NCBI RefSeq assembly: GCF_006345805.1
Contig: NC_043009.1
Location: 33,666,001-33,730,000, forward strand
Length of the DNA stretch: 64,000 nt
DNA from: Octopus sinensis
Taxonomy: Eukaryota
Direction: 5' to 3'
Shown here: in pieces, positions 38,401-53,045 of the stretch
Layout: each line of letters starts with the position of its first letter
How positions within the stretch are numbered: the first letter of the stretch is position 1
Notes under the pieces: model-generated
What the model saw: only the letters and a program-made list of their open reading frames with translations
The model's database searches: none
What the model was told of the DNA's origin: nothing
Made by a program: the position numbers and the translations under genes

Positions 38401-39058
38401 CGGTTTCTCTATGTCAATATATCATAAATTAGTGTTTCAATAAATAGAGATCAATAAATTATGTACCAAATTTAAATAAGTACTGAAGTTGATGTGATCT
38501 GAGAATGCAGAGCTTCAGTATGGCCAGAATCAAAAAACTGAAAACAATAAAACAAACAAGAAAATAAATAATATAACTTTTTTTTTTCTTTATTTCAATG
38601 AAGAAATGATTTGACAGATTTTATTTCAAGTTTATGTTTGTGAAAATGTCGTTGCTTGTTGTACCATTTCTGAAGAGTCAGGAACATTTTCAGATTGACA
38701 GAAATAATAAGAATTAAGATCAAATACATCAAAACTAGAAGAATAAAGGTTAAACACAATATAAAACTTGATCACTAAACAAAACTTTCTATTTTCTCAG
38801 AAACAAAAAATATTTCTATTTAATGTAAAAAAACACAAAACTAATTAATTAACTAACGAGTGGAGTAATTGAGTGAATTAGTGAGTTTGTTCCTGGTGTT
38901 TTCATCAAGGGATTCTTGAAATGTCTTTTGGTGTGATTTATCACATTTTTATACATCCCTTCTAGTCACAGAGTTGAAATCAGTGCCGGAAATATAGAGC
39001 CAGGGTTTCAGTTCCTTGGTAAGGATACATGTGTGTATGTATATAGATAGATATACAA

Positions 39059-39134
<76 letters not shown>

Positions 39135-40866
39135 ATGTATGCATGTATGTATGTATGCATATATGTATGCATGGATGGATGGACGGATAGGTATGTATGC
39201 ATATACGTATATTTATACATATATATATATGCATGTGTATGTATATGTACGTCTATGTATATGTATGCATGTGTTACCATTAAACAGTAATTAGAGTACC
39301 AATACAAAGTAGAGCCTAAGATTGATTGGAAATGTCCATACTAACTTAATCATGTATTGTATTGGTAGACGTTTAATTCAAAACACTGAATAATTTTCAT
39401 TCATCAGGGCCACCATTTTTATTCAACCAAAACATGGCCATTCAAAATTATGTAATGACCAACGTAGTGTAGCACCTCCAAGACTAGTGGGAGAGAGGGA
39501 AGAAGGGAAGGAGGGAGTTATCCTTGAAATGTAAGCCTGGCTTGAATGCTGCCAACAGAAAAGATTCTACTAAAGGCACTCAAGATGACACATGGCACTT
39601 CTAAACTGGACAACAGACTAAATCCATTGTGCAAGTAGGCCAAGGTGAGGCTTGAACATAAAGTCTAAAGAAATGTAACAAATACCACAAGATCTCTGGT
39701 CCAATATTTCTTAAGAGTTCTGTCAATCCTCTGCACTAGATTGGTCCCGACCCTCAAAAGGATAAAATGCAAAGTTGAGTTTGGCAGAATTTGAACCCAG
39801 AGCACAGACTGTTGGAATAAATATTGCAAAGCATTTCATCTCAAATGACTGCCAATTCACCACCACTGTGCCTCTACATAAACAGTCATAAGAACACACA
39901 CACACATAAGTAACACATAATGACATATCTATAAGGTATGTTGCAGCAATTTAGCTTTTGCTTTCTTACTTTCACTTTGAATAAAGAATATCACTCTCTC
40001 TCTCTCTCACACTCTTTTAGTTTCTCCCTTTCACTTTCTATACACAAGTATGAAACCCGTTATGAGTAGATGGTTGTAAGAGTACATCTTCTATTTCCAT
40101 TTATTGTTTTCCTTTTATGCTCACAAATATCACAGATACATTACACTGTCACTGGATATGCTTGTATACATGCACACACACAGACAAACCCTGTATTTTA
40201 GTCGCAGCTCTGTATTCTGGCTGAAAAACATTAGCAGCACTGATGTATGACGCATCCTGCTTAAGAAACAGACTGTTTTGCATTGAAACTTCAAGACTGC
40301 TAGTAAACATAATGAGGTGTAGATTGCCCCCTACCACTCAGTCCACAACACCCCCCCTCCATCCACCTAGGTCATGACCTAAACAGAATCCAATACTTTT
40401 GATCAAAAGGCTCTTCTGTCATGTTTTCTGCTTTTTATCTTGGAGTGTATGTGTGTAGGTGCATTCTTGTGGTGAAAAATGGTGGTTGTAAACAAGTTGT
40501 TATTTAACCCGAGGCTGGCCTTAACTGAGAAGACGTAAAATGAAAGAAATTGCAACCACAAAACATCTGTATGTGTGTGTGTGTGTGTGTGTGTGTGCGT
40601 GCATGCATGAGGAAGGGGAATTGATCTGAATGAGATTTAGCTGCTGTTTCTAACAGGCCAAGTAAGTACATAAGCATTTATTCAAACCTAATAAGCATTT
40701 ATTCATAAAAACAGAAAAAAAATGAAGTTTGTTAGAAATTAAAAGTTTGTGTTGCACTAATAATTCTAAATGTATGAAAGCATGGTATTATATATAATCA
40801 TTGACCCTAATTTGATGTTTGTTCTTCTAATCAATGCTTATATATGTGTATGTCTGTGTATATATA

Positions 40867-43612
40867 TGACTCAGAAATCCACCTGCAGGGCTACATCCTT
40901 TTCAGATGTGACAGAGGAAAAAGGCGAGGTGGGGGTGTTGCTGTGTATGTTAAGTCTGAGCACAAACCGTCCAGCGGTATTCTACCCACTAATGCTCAAC
41001 CTACAACAAAATTTGATGCCGTCTATTGCAAGCTGAGCCTATCTGAGTTTTGCCTGCCCATGTTGGCTGTCTACAGGCCGCCTCTTGCCGACCCTCAGGA
41101 CGATGCTCATTTACTCGAGGCGATAAGATTCGTTTCAGCTTCGCATGACTGTTTGGTACTAGGAGACTTCAACGCTCCCACGATCGATTGGCCTGCATCA
41201 ATTTGTACATCTTCCCGGTTCGGCCAGGCCCTTCTTGACGTGGCTGAAGATTGTTTTCTATCGCAACATGTTGAATATCCGACAAGGCATCGGTCTGGGC
41301 AGCAGCCATCTATGCTAGATCTGGTATTCTACCGCTATCCAAGATCAGTGTCAGACGTATCTGTGTGCGCCCCTCTTGCCAAGAGTGATCATGCGGTCCT
41401 GAAGTTCGTCATGCACACAACTTTTTCTACGCCCACGACTACTTCGCTGCCACGTAGAGTCTTCTCTGCAATTAATCTTGAAATTCTAACCGAGGCTTCC
41501 GCGCTTCTGGACTGGCGATCCCTGATGACGTTGTCCTCAGTTGACGAACTATGGTCATCCCTCAAAGCATATGTAATCTGTTTGACTGACCAGGCAGTTC
41601 CCGTTGGGCTTCCCAAGAGGAAGAAACACAAGCCCTGGGTGACGAAGAAGGTTAAACGAGAACGTTGACTCAGAGATATTGCTTGGGCTGAATTCAAAAA
41701 TCTGGATTCGACTGCAGCTTTTGAGGTGTACAAAACTCAACGAGACCGAGCCGTGAAAATTGAAAAGAAAGAACGCTTCAGTTATGAATACAAAATCGCA
41801 GCAAATGCCAGTAGCAATCCAAAAACCTTCTTTGCCCATGTCCAGCGGAATTCCCGCTTGAACAACCAGATTGCAACGTTGGTAGACTCAACAGACGTAT
41901 CGATTGAGGACCCTTATCAACAGAGTCAGTTATTTGCCGAGGCTTTTTCAACTATTTTCAAACAAGATGATGGTCGTGAACCCCCTCCATTTGTTAGATC
42001 GGTACCTCCAATGCTTCGATTGGTCATCACGCGGGACGAAGTCAAACGTGTTATTCAAGGCCTCGATGTCAACAAGGGTCACGGCCCTGACGGCATACAC
42101 CCATGGGTTATCAAAGCGTTGGCTCCGGTCATCTGCGAGCCCTTAACACGACTATTCAATATGTCATTGGTGACGGGTGTTATACCTGCAGACTGGAGAA
42201 CAGTGATAATCTGCCCAATTTTCAAGAAAGGGAGCCGCGAAGACCCGCTTAACTACCGACCGGTTTCCCTTACATCAATAATCAGCAAGATGTTCGAAAC
42301 CATCCTTAAGAAAAGTATGATGCTCCACCTCCTAAACACAGCCTCTATCTCTGATTCCCAACACGGCTTCGTGCCGAAGAGATCATGCTTGACCAACTTA
42401 CTAGTAATGGAAGAATTGGTGACGCGCATCCTCGATGATAGTGATGCTGTTGACATCGTTTTATTGGACTTTGCCAAAGCTTTTGACTCGGTAAACCACC
42501 ACCTATTACTTGTCAAGCTTCAAGCATATAGTTTCCATCCGGATATTGTACGATGGGTTGGTGCCTTCCTCTCAGATCGCTCCTTCCAAGTCCAAGTTAA
42601 TGGTTCGCGGTCCGACGTCTCCAGTGCGAGCAGTGGCGTGCCTCAAGGTTCAGTGCTTGGGCCCTTGTTGTTCTTAGTCTTCATAAATGACTTGCCCGAC
42701 GACCTCACGCAACACACCCTTCTATTTGCCAACGATATCAAACTGGTCGCTCCTCGCGGTAATATAGAGGATCTTCGTCGATGCCTCCACCAAATTTGGA
42801 AGTGGTCTAACGATTGGGACCTGTGTCTGAACGTGTCAAAGTGCTGTCATCTGCCTGTCGGCTCTACTCCTGCAACTCAACTTGATTTCAAGCCGGGTCG
42901 TCTGCTGCTGGAGAGGACCGATCAGGTAAAGGACCTGGGTATCTTGGTGGATTCCTCCTTTTCGCCTTTGGCCCAGTGCGTCCATGCTGCCAACAAAGCA
43001 CGCGGAATTCTGTTCTTGATTCGACGGTCATTCGGAATGCTCACAGCAGCCATATTCCTACCACTCTATGTCACGCTGGTGAGACCCATATTGGAGTATG
43101 GGATTCAAGCCTCTTCTCCTTATCTCCTCAAAGACATACAGCATCTCGAAAGAGTCCAGAAGCTGGCTACCCGCATGGTTCATGGTCTCAAAAATTTGTC
43201 CTACGAAGAAAGGCTGAGGACGCTCGACCTTTATTCTCTTGAAAAACGACGCCGCCGTGGTGATCTCAGTCTCGCCCACAACATCATAAGCGGAAAGTGT
43301 AACCTCTCGAAAGAGCTGTTCTTCACTCCTGCTCCAGAGCGTCGGCTGCGGGGTCATTCCGAAAAGCTCTACCTGCGACGATTTCATCTCAATCGAAGAA
43401 GAGGAGCTTTCTCCGTCCGGGTGCGGATCCGTGGAACAAGCTGCCTGACGAGATGGTGAAGATGCCGACGACCGCTTTGTTCAAAGCCTCCCTGGACCTC
43501 AAGTGGCCTGAACTCTTTACATGAACACCACCCTGTACTTAACTCCATGTCCCCCTACATGGCCTTGCTATTTGCTTTTGAGCCAAATTAACTAACTAAC
43601 TAACTAACTAAC
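40867..43612 (+). mobile_element. 5'-truncated CR1-type LINE ORF2 (APE endonuclease plus RT), nearly intact
   Basis: RRGGGVAVYV, VLGDFNAP, SDH; NYRPVSLTS, DFAKAFDSV, GVPQGSVLGPLLF. Defects: TGA at 41666 (both ORFs share a frame), FAND instead of FADD, and a frameshift near 43420. True stop at 43524; (TAAC)n tail at 43589-43612. Confidence 0.95.
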
Positions 43613-43696
<84 letters not shown>

Positions 43697-46395
43697 CACA
43701 CACGAAACACAGAATTCATATATATAAATATATATGAATTCTGTGTTTCGTAGTTTATGCTCTGATACCTCAATGGTCCCAAATATCTATTAATGGATAC
43801 ACATCCCCCTACATCAAAGGCTCAACACTTATATATTAATGTAGCAATTGTCAACCAATGTGCTTTGTGGGATTATTGTGCCATAGATTGCCCACAGGTG
43901 TGCTGCATGTCTTTGAGGTGAGTCAGAAAATACCAGGGTGTTTAGGAAACTTTAGTGTTTTAAGGCACAACATTGGTGCATATGTGTTTCTTTGAGGCTA
44001 AGTGCAACACATACACTCATTTTGTTTTTCTATGTAATAAAAAGAATAAAACATTTAAAATAGTCATGGTATGTCATAACAGTTTTGGCAATTTGTTTAG
44101 TAAGTTATCGATTAAAACAGCTGAAAATTGTTGCATCAGTGAATCAAGGTTTATATATCAAAGTCTCAAGGGTCAAGATCCAGATATCAGAGGCTCAAGA
44201 CATACGTTAAGGGATTAAGAATGATGTAAAAATATGGTCATGATTTAAAAGGTCAGAGTTTATAGTCTGAGAGAGACAGAGGAGAGAATGTATTGATTCC
44301 AAAACAGTTTTCAAACAATTAATCACATGATAAACATTGATGAGATTAGAGGAGTTGAGTAGAAAGATATTACTGGAATGTCTGGAAGTGAAAATCAAAC
44401 AACTTTCAGTCGATAACATTAATTAAAAAATATTAATCTTCTTAGATTTTACATGATTTAAAAGTTGAAAACAGTTTTAGTTATCATAGCTTGTTACTTT
44501 ATATCTACTGCTGATATCATGTTGAGTCTTTGGACATTTAAATTCTATATGCTACAGTACAGCTAATGTAGAGAATGAGTTCTAGAATTTGGGGGAAATT
44601 TTTATCTGGAATGGACGATCAACCTATTATATTTCCACATACAGACACACATACAAACAAGTACATAGAGAGAACAAAACATCAATATATGCATACATCC
44701 CAAATAAATATGTACACTCACAGACACACATACACATCCATGAGTATATCTTCATACACACACACATACACACACCCATATATATATACACACACACACA
44801 TATATATACACAAACACAAATATATACACACACACATCAAAATGTAAATGAACATATTCACATATATACAATACTCAACATAAACATTAAACATTATATA
44901 CACTTGATATTCGATATATACATAACATTATATATGCATTTGACAATCATGCTCTTTGCCATCACTCTGCTCAACAAACATACATTAAATATATACATAT
45001 ATACAAATATATTCTCTAAACAAACCAAGCTTATCAATAAATGCCTAATAAACATTCTTAGCTTATTAATACAATCATTTGTTTAATTGAGATTTTACAA
45101 TTCCTAAAATACGACAGAAGCCATTTTGGCTTTTTGTTTTAATTTGAAAGGTCTCTGAGAATTGGAAAGCAGTCTCCAGTGTGAGATAAAAAGAAGAAAG
45201 AATTGAGTGTGAAACCTAAGAGACATCAATTTACTTCATGGTAAAGAATATCTTGAAATATTGAAGTGGGGGGGGGATGGGGAGGAAAGGGGAATACAAT
45301 TTGTTAGGGTAACAGAAAATGATCTGGAAAGGTGACATGGACATCGAGGTTATCATGAAACAGAAGGTGGCTGGGGGGGGGGGGGCAAAATATTGATTAG
45401 TAATTATATCGAGGACTCTATCAAAACAACAAACATTAACATGCATACACACACACACACACATATAAACAAACATCACGCATGCACACATATCTATTTA
45501 CATTGCATCACACAAATCTACATAGTGTCCATACATTATCTTAACAACTTCCACACTTCTACACTTCAAATTGTAACGGTAATTTATGGACACCCTGTAT
45601 ACTCCTGCAAGAAGACTGTACAATAATATACAAGGTTAATGATTTGTAAAGAAATGAATTGTAAAGAAATGAATTATTAATTATGAAAAAGTTTCTATGG
45701 GAAAGAAGAAGCCATGAAACTGAGACTCTAAAATGTGTGTGTGTGTGCGTGTGTGTGTGTGTGCGTGCGAGCGTGTGTGTGTGTCTATATGCATGTATGT
45801 GTTGTGTGTGTGTGTATTTGTATGTTTGCTGTGTAGTGGCAAACATCACAGGTAGTTAATAGACTTATACATAACTACTATTGTTGTGTGTGCCCCCCCT
45901 CCCTCTCTCTCTGTCCCTGATCTGGTACATACCCTTCACTAAGACTAGTCGTGGTTCAACTAAGTTTGCGAGTCAGACACTTGTTAATAAACATTTTTAC
46001 TAGATTCCAATCTTGGTCTTATACAGCAGCAGCATCAGTGGAAGAAGGAGATAATGTTGGAAATACTAAACTTTGGTCTGTCTAAAGTGACTTGGTGCCT
46101 TTCATTAAAACTGCAGTCTTCTCATTGACTGAACTCACAGGAGGTGTTAAGCGGCTGCTAAGATTGTTTGCTTTGGAGAATCTACAAAATAAAGACATAA
46201 AACCACAATTAGATTAGAAAAACTAAAAAGGTTCCTGGCATACAATCAGGTTTTAGTTTTTAATAGATAAGTCATTGATTTTATTCACTGCTATTTAGAG
46301 TTGCAATGAAAGCAATTCAAACAACCAGCACCTACAACTCGAAATGGCTCAAGAAGAGGAGCAAGGATTGTCCAGTGTATTTAGCTTTAGTTTAA

Positions 46396-46590
46396 CCCTT
46401 TCATTCATTACCAACCCGGCTGAAACCGCCTCTGGCTCTGAGTATAAATGTCTTGTTTTCATAAGTTTTGAATTAAAATCTTCCACTAAACCTTTGTCAC
46501 AATTTATGTTCCAAACACTAGCTGAATGATAACAAAGTTATTTTACGAAATTCTTTGTAATATTTAAAGTAATTGAAAAAAAACACAAAA
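46396..46590 (+). mobile_element. piggyBac-type MITE end (related copy about 63600-63904 in the opposite orientation)
   Basis: TTAA|CCCTTTC terminus; 63890-63904 ends GAAAGGG|TTAA, with shared internal sequence. Confidence 0.6.
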
Positions 46591-47072
46591 GGTTGAGGCT
46601 TCTAAGGAGTTATAGAGGGCATCGGTACCATAGGCCACCCCCATCCCCCAATTGAGAACCTAGTTTGAGTATTTGTAACTCCTCTAAATCCACTCATGGG
46701 CCAGAAGGTGATATGAAACTGTGACCAACAAAATCCCTCTCACTAATCTGGAAGACTCTGCAGGGGCATAAGCACAGCTCCCAACTCTTTGGGACACTCA
46801 ACAAAAGAGACAAACAATTCTCCTACTACCTCGAAAGGGCCTATAATAGCCACGGGCAGTGCTCTCACCTCTTTAGGAGAGTCAACAGAGGCTCTAGGTA
46901 CTTCCCCTACTTCTAGGAGGGCTTAAAAAAGGCCATGGGCACTGCCTCTACCTTAAATAGACAAAAAGGAAAGAGATTCATCGTTCTGAGGGATCAACCT
47001 TGTTAAACAATGGATTACCATCAAATAATATGTAATCAGCAGTAACTTTGAATGTGTGTTGAATGGGGACTC

Positions 47073-47330
47073 TTGTATGGTGGTCTTATATAGTCACTTT
47101 GTATGGTGGCCCTGAATGACCTATATGGTCACTTTGTATGGTGGCCCTGAATGACCTCCTATATACTCACTTTGTATGATAGCCCTGAATGATCTCCTAT
47201 ATAATCACCTTGTATGGTGGCCATGAATGATTTATATAGTCACTTTGTGTGATGACCCTGAATGATCTTCTATATAATCACTTTGTATGGAGGCCCTGAA
47301 TGATCTATATAATAACCCTATATGATGATC
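47073..47330. repeat. 33-36-bp minisatellite, about 7 copies
   Basis: Unit GTCACTTTGTATGGTGGCCCTGAATGACCTATATA. Confidence 0.85.
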
Positions 47331-47720
47331 CTATACAGAGGCCCTCTATGGTAACCCAACACAAGGACCCAAAACTGTCCCATTTTGCCAATATATAAAT
47401 ATTTAAAAAAAAAGAAAAACGTTTGATACTTTTGTTGGTGAAAATATTCTTGATTTTTTTAGCACTGTATGTTGTGTTGTGGCTTTCATGCTTATGACTT
47501 ATTGCATAACATCATCATAAATAACATCTTGATGATCTTTCAGAATTTAAACAGGGACCCAGTCAGTGTTGAGTTTATTAAAAATGTAACCAGAAATAAA
47601 TGGAATGACAAGTGCTGAAGAAAACAGTAAACCAAATACAAAATGACTGAGGAATGAAACTCAAAAGTGGGGAAAAATTAAACTTATTTCAACAAAATCA
47701 ACTGTAGAGAAAATGATAAC

Positions 47721-47817
47721 TTACTTGGATGGACTTGTGGATCTGGAAATACTTGAATAATCTCCAGTAATTGGTGGAGAAATACCATGACGACGAAGTT
47801 CTTGTACAGCACGCTCA
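47721..47817 (-). CDS. CEP135: CEP135 last coding exon
   Basis: ttattag|T GAG CGT gives ERAVQELRRHGISPP...* (vertebrate CEP135/TSGA10 C-terminus RERAIQEMRRHG). TAA at 47721-47723; candidate AATAAA at 47574-47579. Confidence 0.9.
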
Positions 47818-48634
47818 CTAATAAGAACAAAAATAGGGACTGTAAGAAGCCTGACAGATAATGGCCTGCATGATAAATTCTTCACTACATTCATTGCTAA
47901 CTCTAACTCTCTGACACCAGTCCTATACATGGTAAACACATCTCTCATAAATCATTCATCTACAGATAGTTTTCATAGCAGCCACCAAACTACAAATGGT
48001 GCTTTATCAAAGGTTTTCTGCAAAGTCAATGAGTGTGATCTTTAGGTAAGAATTCCTTCTGTGGTTGGTTTACAAGAAAGATGTATCAGTCGTGTCCCAC
48101 CCTAACACAAACCTGAACAGCATCTTCTTCTCGAAACTAATTCTTTTCCTAATCAGCTCTTTCTATTGCATTTGTAAGCTGGTCGAAAAAGGAAGATATG
48201 GAATCTTAAAGAGTCAACAAAAGCCACAGGTTTAGAGAAACAGTTGACAAACAGGAAGAGGAGAAGGAAACTTAGAATACAGAGGGTAGCCTCTTAAGGG
48301 TTATCAAATAGATCTTTAGCTGGGGCAAGGTTCAAGGCAGGTGGAAAGGGGACATTTTGGTGGAAGTGTACTGTAGATATATCCATACAAAATTAAGAAA
48401 CAGGATTAGAGAAATTGGAAGAAAGTAGGTAGCAAAGGACATTACAAAGTAGTTAAAAAAATCGGTATTTATGTGGATGACATCTCTAAGTTATTAAACC
48501 AATTCTAGTTTTCTAGTCTAACAAGTCTACATATTTGTACATTCACTTCTATTACTACTTCAGTAAGTTCAGGGTGAAATCTGACTTGCTAAAGAGGCTA
48601 TAAGACTAGAACACGTACAGTTATTTCCTTTGCA

Positions 48635-48945
48635 TCTCCATATATATAAACAGTAAAATGTCTGTCTGTGTGTCCTTTATACAAATCCACAAATTTTCAG
48701 TTAGAGGGCTCGCACTTTCTATGGTCATTCAAAACCATCCAAGGGTGGTTGTGCACATCTTTACATTTCCCCAGTCACCCCGCAAAGCCATTAAAAAATC
48801 AATAGAAGTGACGTTTTTGTGAATTTTCTATCCAAAACCCAATCAAAATGCCTGAAACTTGATACGCTGTATGTGATTGGTTGGAAATTTGGACAGTACT
48901 CGCATGTATGTGCACACGCACGCATCTGTATATGCATGCACTAGC
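48635..48945 (+). mobile_element. Probable non-autonomous Helitron 5' part (second family)
   Basis: A|TCTCCATATATATAAACAGTAAAATGTCTGTCTGTG start; 3' end not clearly seen. Confidence 0.45.
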
Positions 48946-49166
48946 ACTAATATCAGTTTTTGTCTCCCTGCTTAATTAGCTCTAGTTAGATTATTCTGTA
49001 ATTATAACATTAACTAATTAGTTGTTTTTTTAAGTCTGTAGCAAAATTGATGATGAACTTCCCAGGTAGCTATGATTTGGATGATGAGAGAAAAAAAAAG
49101 ATAAATTTCACAAGTGATTTTATAAAAACTAAAATGTTGCTATTTTAATAGCAACTTATCACATAC

Positions 49167-49271
49167 CGTTCGAATTTCTCACTGGTTAGCTGTCGTCGAA
49201 ATCGTTCTATATCTCCTTCCAGTTCAACATTCCTTGTCCGAAGAGAAGCAATGTCTCTGCTCTGGCTTTGA
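49167..49271 (-). CDS. CEP135: CEP135 exon (105 bp, phase 2/2; not in the ORF track)
   Basis: ttttag|...|gtatgt; QSQSRDIASLRTRNVELEGDIERFRRQLTSEKFER. Confidence 0.9.
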
Positions 49272-49431
49272 CTAAAAAAGACAAAATTCTTTCTTTACAA
49301 GAAAATTATTTATCTTTGATGCAGATAATAAACACCCAACAAGCCAAATGGTGCTTTTAACGTTCCACTGGCACGATTGCCAATCAGGTGGTACTGTCAT
49401 TGGCCAGGTCAGCAATTTTGATGTGAGTGTA

Positions 49432-49464
<33 letters not shown>

Positions 49465-50019
49465 GGGAAATAAGTAGAAGGGTTTGATAGCAAAATGCAA
49501 TAAATCCATTTCCACTGGATTGAGGGGAGTAAGTTTTTCTCTTACAAATATTTCTTGGGACGCCACACCCATTTTATTTGTGATTATCTAACTCTATAGA
49601 AATATGAAAATCACACATTCACCTAAAATCTTGGTATGCAAGATTTCATGGAAAATCAATGCATTTAATTGATTTTTCGTCCAAACACAATCTTTTTTAT
49701 TGCCACATATACATACCATAGAGTTGGCTTCATAACTAGGGGACTGCCATGTTGGACAAATCGAGCACCCTGATTGACCAGGTGAATATATTTCATTTTG
49801 TGGTGAAAGAGTAATGGCGTTTATTGTGTTTTGCGATAAAAGTTACTTTTTAACACGAAAAAGCTGGAGATATGATTCATAGCGCAAAAAACTAATTATG
49901 CAATAAAGTTCCCACTTCCATGGACAATAGATTGATAACAACATCTACAAAAACATTATTTTGGCACTTATTGCATTTTGCAATCAACCTATTGATATAT
50001 CATCATCATCATCACCATC

Positions 50020-50300
50020 ATCCTTTAACGTCTGTTTTTCATGCTGGTATGAGTTGGATGGTTTGACTGAGGACCGGCAAGCCAGTAGGCTGTACCAGGC
50101 TCCAATCTGATTTGGCAAAGTTTCTACAGCTGGATGCCTTTCCTAATGCCAACCACTCCAAGCATGTAGTGGGTGCTTTTTACGTGCCACCAGCACAGGA
50201 GCCAGTCCAGGGGCACTGGAAGCGATCACATTCAGATAGCACTTTTTACATTCCACCGGCACGGGGAGCCAGTCATGCGTCACTGGCATCAACTCAAGCT
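50020..50300 (-). mobile_element. RTE-type 3' end in a CEP135 intron
   Basis: (CAT)n end and RTE UTR motifs. Confidence 0.75.
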
Positions 50301-50309
50301 TGAATGGTG

Positions 50310-50361
<52 letters not shown>

Positions 50362-50814
50362 ACACGCATATACACACAATGCACACACATATTTTCTAAT
50401 GTACTTTGAGGTAGACTATGTGCCTGAAAAAAAATGGATAGATGATCATAGCTGATGTGTCTTAAATCCTAATTATGCATCACCAAGCCTGACCCAGGGT
50501 TAAACAACAATAGCAATATATAACAGACAACCAAGAAATAGTGAGCTAAGGAAACCTGTATGTAGTCACTCAACTTGCTAGAAATAAGAGCCAAATTGCT
50601 TTTAAATCACTTTATACTTCTTAGAAAATTTATGTGTTAGACAATGTAGCGGCTGGTTCCCTGGATTTAGGAAAACGATGGGATGGCCATGGCCTACTCA
50701 ATTTGAGTTAACTTGGGGTTAACCAGCAGCAAAAACAGAAGCAGCAACAACAATAACAGCAACAACAGAAGCAGCAGCAACAATAATAGCAAAAACAGAA
50801 GCAGCAGCAACAGT

Positions 50815-51225
50815 GGAGGTGCAATGGCCCAATGATTAGGGCAGCAGACTCGCAATCGGAGGATCGCGGTTTCGATTCCCAGACCAGGCGTTGTGTGTGC
50901 TTATTGAGCAAAAACACCTAAAGCTCCACAAGGCTCCGGCAATGGGTGGTGGTGACTCCTGTTGTACTCTTTCGCTCCAACTTTCTCTCACTCTTTCTTC
51001 CTGTTTCTTGTCCCCGACTTCCTATGCAACCGCTGAGCCTGGATGCGCATTCATCCATCCGTCGATGCTCTCGGTGTCGGGGGTTGACCTGCTTTCTCTT
51101 CTGCGGGTCTTACGAATAGCAAAGGACCACGTTTTGGACTTCTCCCATTTTGCGAGCTCTGGGACGAAGACCGTTCGCTCAACAGCAACAGCAGCAGCAA
51201 CAACAACAAAAACAGCAATATCAAG
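50815..51225 (+). mobile_element. tRNA-headed SINE flanked by (CAG/CAA)n
   Basis: TGGCCCAATGATTAGGGC...GGTTTCGATTCCC A/B boxes, then a non-tRNA body and CAA tail. Confidence 0.75.
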
Positions 51226-51472
51226 ACAACGAGGAAGGCTCTAAGCAAAATACTTGATTTGCTGGACATAGCAGTCGAATCTCCATCAACTCATAACTTC
51301 ATGTCTTATGGAAAGAACACATTGAATATTGCAGTCCTAGAAACACTACATCTAGAGGTCGGGGATTAAAAAAATACAAACAAGGTTGTCACTTCTGGAA
51401 TGCCTCTTGTCCTACAACTAACCTAAGACAAAACAACAACAACGAAATACATTTTCAATAGACGTGACTCAC

Positions 51473-51675
51473 AGTTTACTTTCATTAAGAGTCAATCGAT
51501 CTTTTAACTGTTTCAGCTCAGCATTACGTTCTTGAAATTCCAATTGGGAATGGAATTCCTTTTCTCTGTTATTCTGAAGCAATTCTTCCAAATTTTTAAC
51601 ACTTTTTCTTTCGGTAGAAAGCTGTTCGCGTAATGTGTCGGCCTCTTGTTTCATATCAAGGATTTGGGAATGCAA
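51473..51675 (-). CDS. CEP135: CEP135 exon (203 bp)
   Basis: ccag|...|gtgagt; LREQLSTERKSVKNLEELLQNNREKEFHSQL matches CEP135 LKKQLSNERHTVKNLESLLATNRDKEFHSHL. Confidence 0.95.
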
Positions 51676-53045
51676 CTGGCAGGAAAATAGAAAATCACTT
51701 AATTTTCCATGAGAAGAATTCCATTGAATAAGACAACGATTAGAAAAACACTTCTATATAGAATTACTACAACAGGTGAAACAGAATATAAAAGAAGAGT
51801 AGGTGCCAACACAGGTATGAGGAAACAACAGATCGGATTTTAGAAAGTTGGATGGAAGGCCTTGCAGTATTTGTTGCAGATCTCCTGGTCTTGGGTTCAA
51901 ATTCAATAGAGGTTGAATATACCTGTCATCGTTTTGAAGTTGATACATAAAGTGACTGGGGTCATGCATATCTCTATATACACACATGTAGATAACAGAC
52001 AAAAACATTCTCTTCGAGGTTTGTATTAAAGGCAAAGAAGTTTTCTTTGAAACTTATATCTCAGTGAATGAAACAAAAGCACAAATAAAGAATTATCCAA
52101 AATATATAAATATATGCATCAATTTGATGAACAGTTTTAGTATAATTGACTGTTATGAACATTTAAACTTGTCAACTTCGAAATTTTTAAACATGTTTTT
52201 CTAATTCATAATTCTACATTTGTCTGTTATGAACATTTAAACTTGTCAACATTGAAACTTTTAAAGATGTTTTTCTTATTCATAATTCTAAATTTTTACC
52301 ATTGATAAACAAAAAATATTGTTGAAACCAGTTTGGTACATATGTAAATAAATTTATTTTAAACAATTACAAGTTTTTCAAATTTAGGTGCATTTTCAAC
52401 AACAAATTTGCTTATATATATATATATATACACACACACTCACCCACTGATACCAGACATCTCAAAAGTAAATAGGCGATCCTTATTGTGTGTGTATGAT
52501 ATATAAAGAGAGAGGGGAGGAATTTATTCACTTTCAAGATGTCTGTGTGTCTATGTATAAATGAACACACTTAATGCACAAGGTACATTCTTTCCCAATT
52601 GTGGAATTGCTTCTGTGACACTCCTCCGTAATTGTCCATCTGGCAAAAACTTCTCCCCTTAGACTTGAAATTCTGCACCAGGAAGCAAAATACCACCCAT
52701 TTGAGAATCATTGGAACAGGTGCTTGTGTTCTTCCTCATACCACTGATATAACATTTATAGAACTGGATTTTTAAAATCTTTGAATTTATTTAAAAACAA
52801 CTTCAGAAAAGAAAATCTGCTCCTCTTTGGCTTTTGCTTCAACATTTTAATAAAAGGATTTGAATGAATTTCACTGGTCAGCAAATATTTAACATTAAAC
52901 TCCCTTACTTGGCCCAAACATTGCCTGGGAATAGAGACTGGACCCCCTTATCTCCACCCAAACTGCAAAAATATATTACATACACAAAACATTTATTGAT
53001 GTAATAATTTAATTGAATAAACTTGATTAGTTTAATTAGCCCTAC

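Noticed and set aside
38670-38712. CTGAAGA-GTCA...TGAC-A-GAAA beside the Penelope RT fragment
   Set aside because: The core and stem II are suggestive, but stems I and III do not pair convincingly; at best a dead relic.
45882-46040. Short solo LTR (TG...AATAAA...CA)
   Set aside because: No TSD, no clear PBS and no second copy.
48280-48490. RT-like GS.L and YVDDI motifs in the last CEP135 intron
   Set aside because: The spacing is wrong and there are no further supporting motifs.
50815-50890. tRNA gene
   Set aside because: A/B boxes are present but there is no full cloverleaf, and it continues into a SINE body; the same applies to 13701 and 14352.
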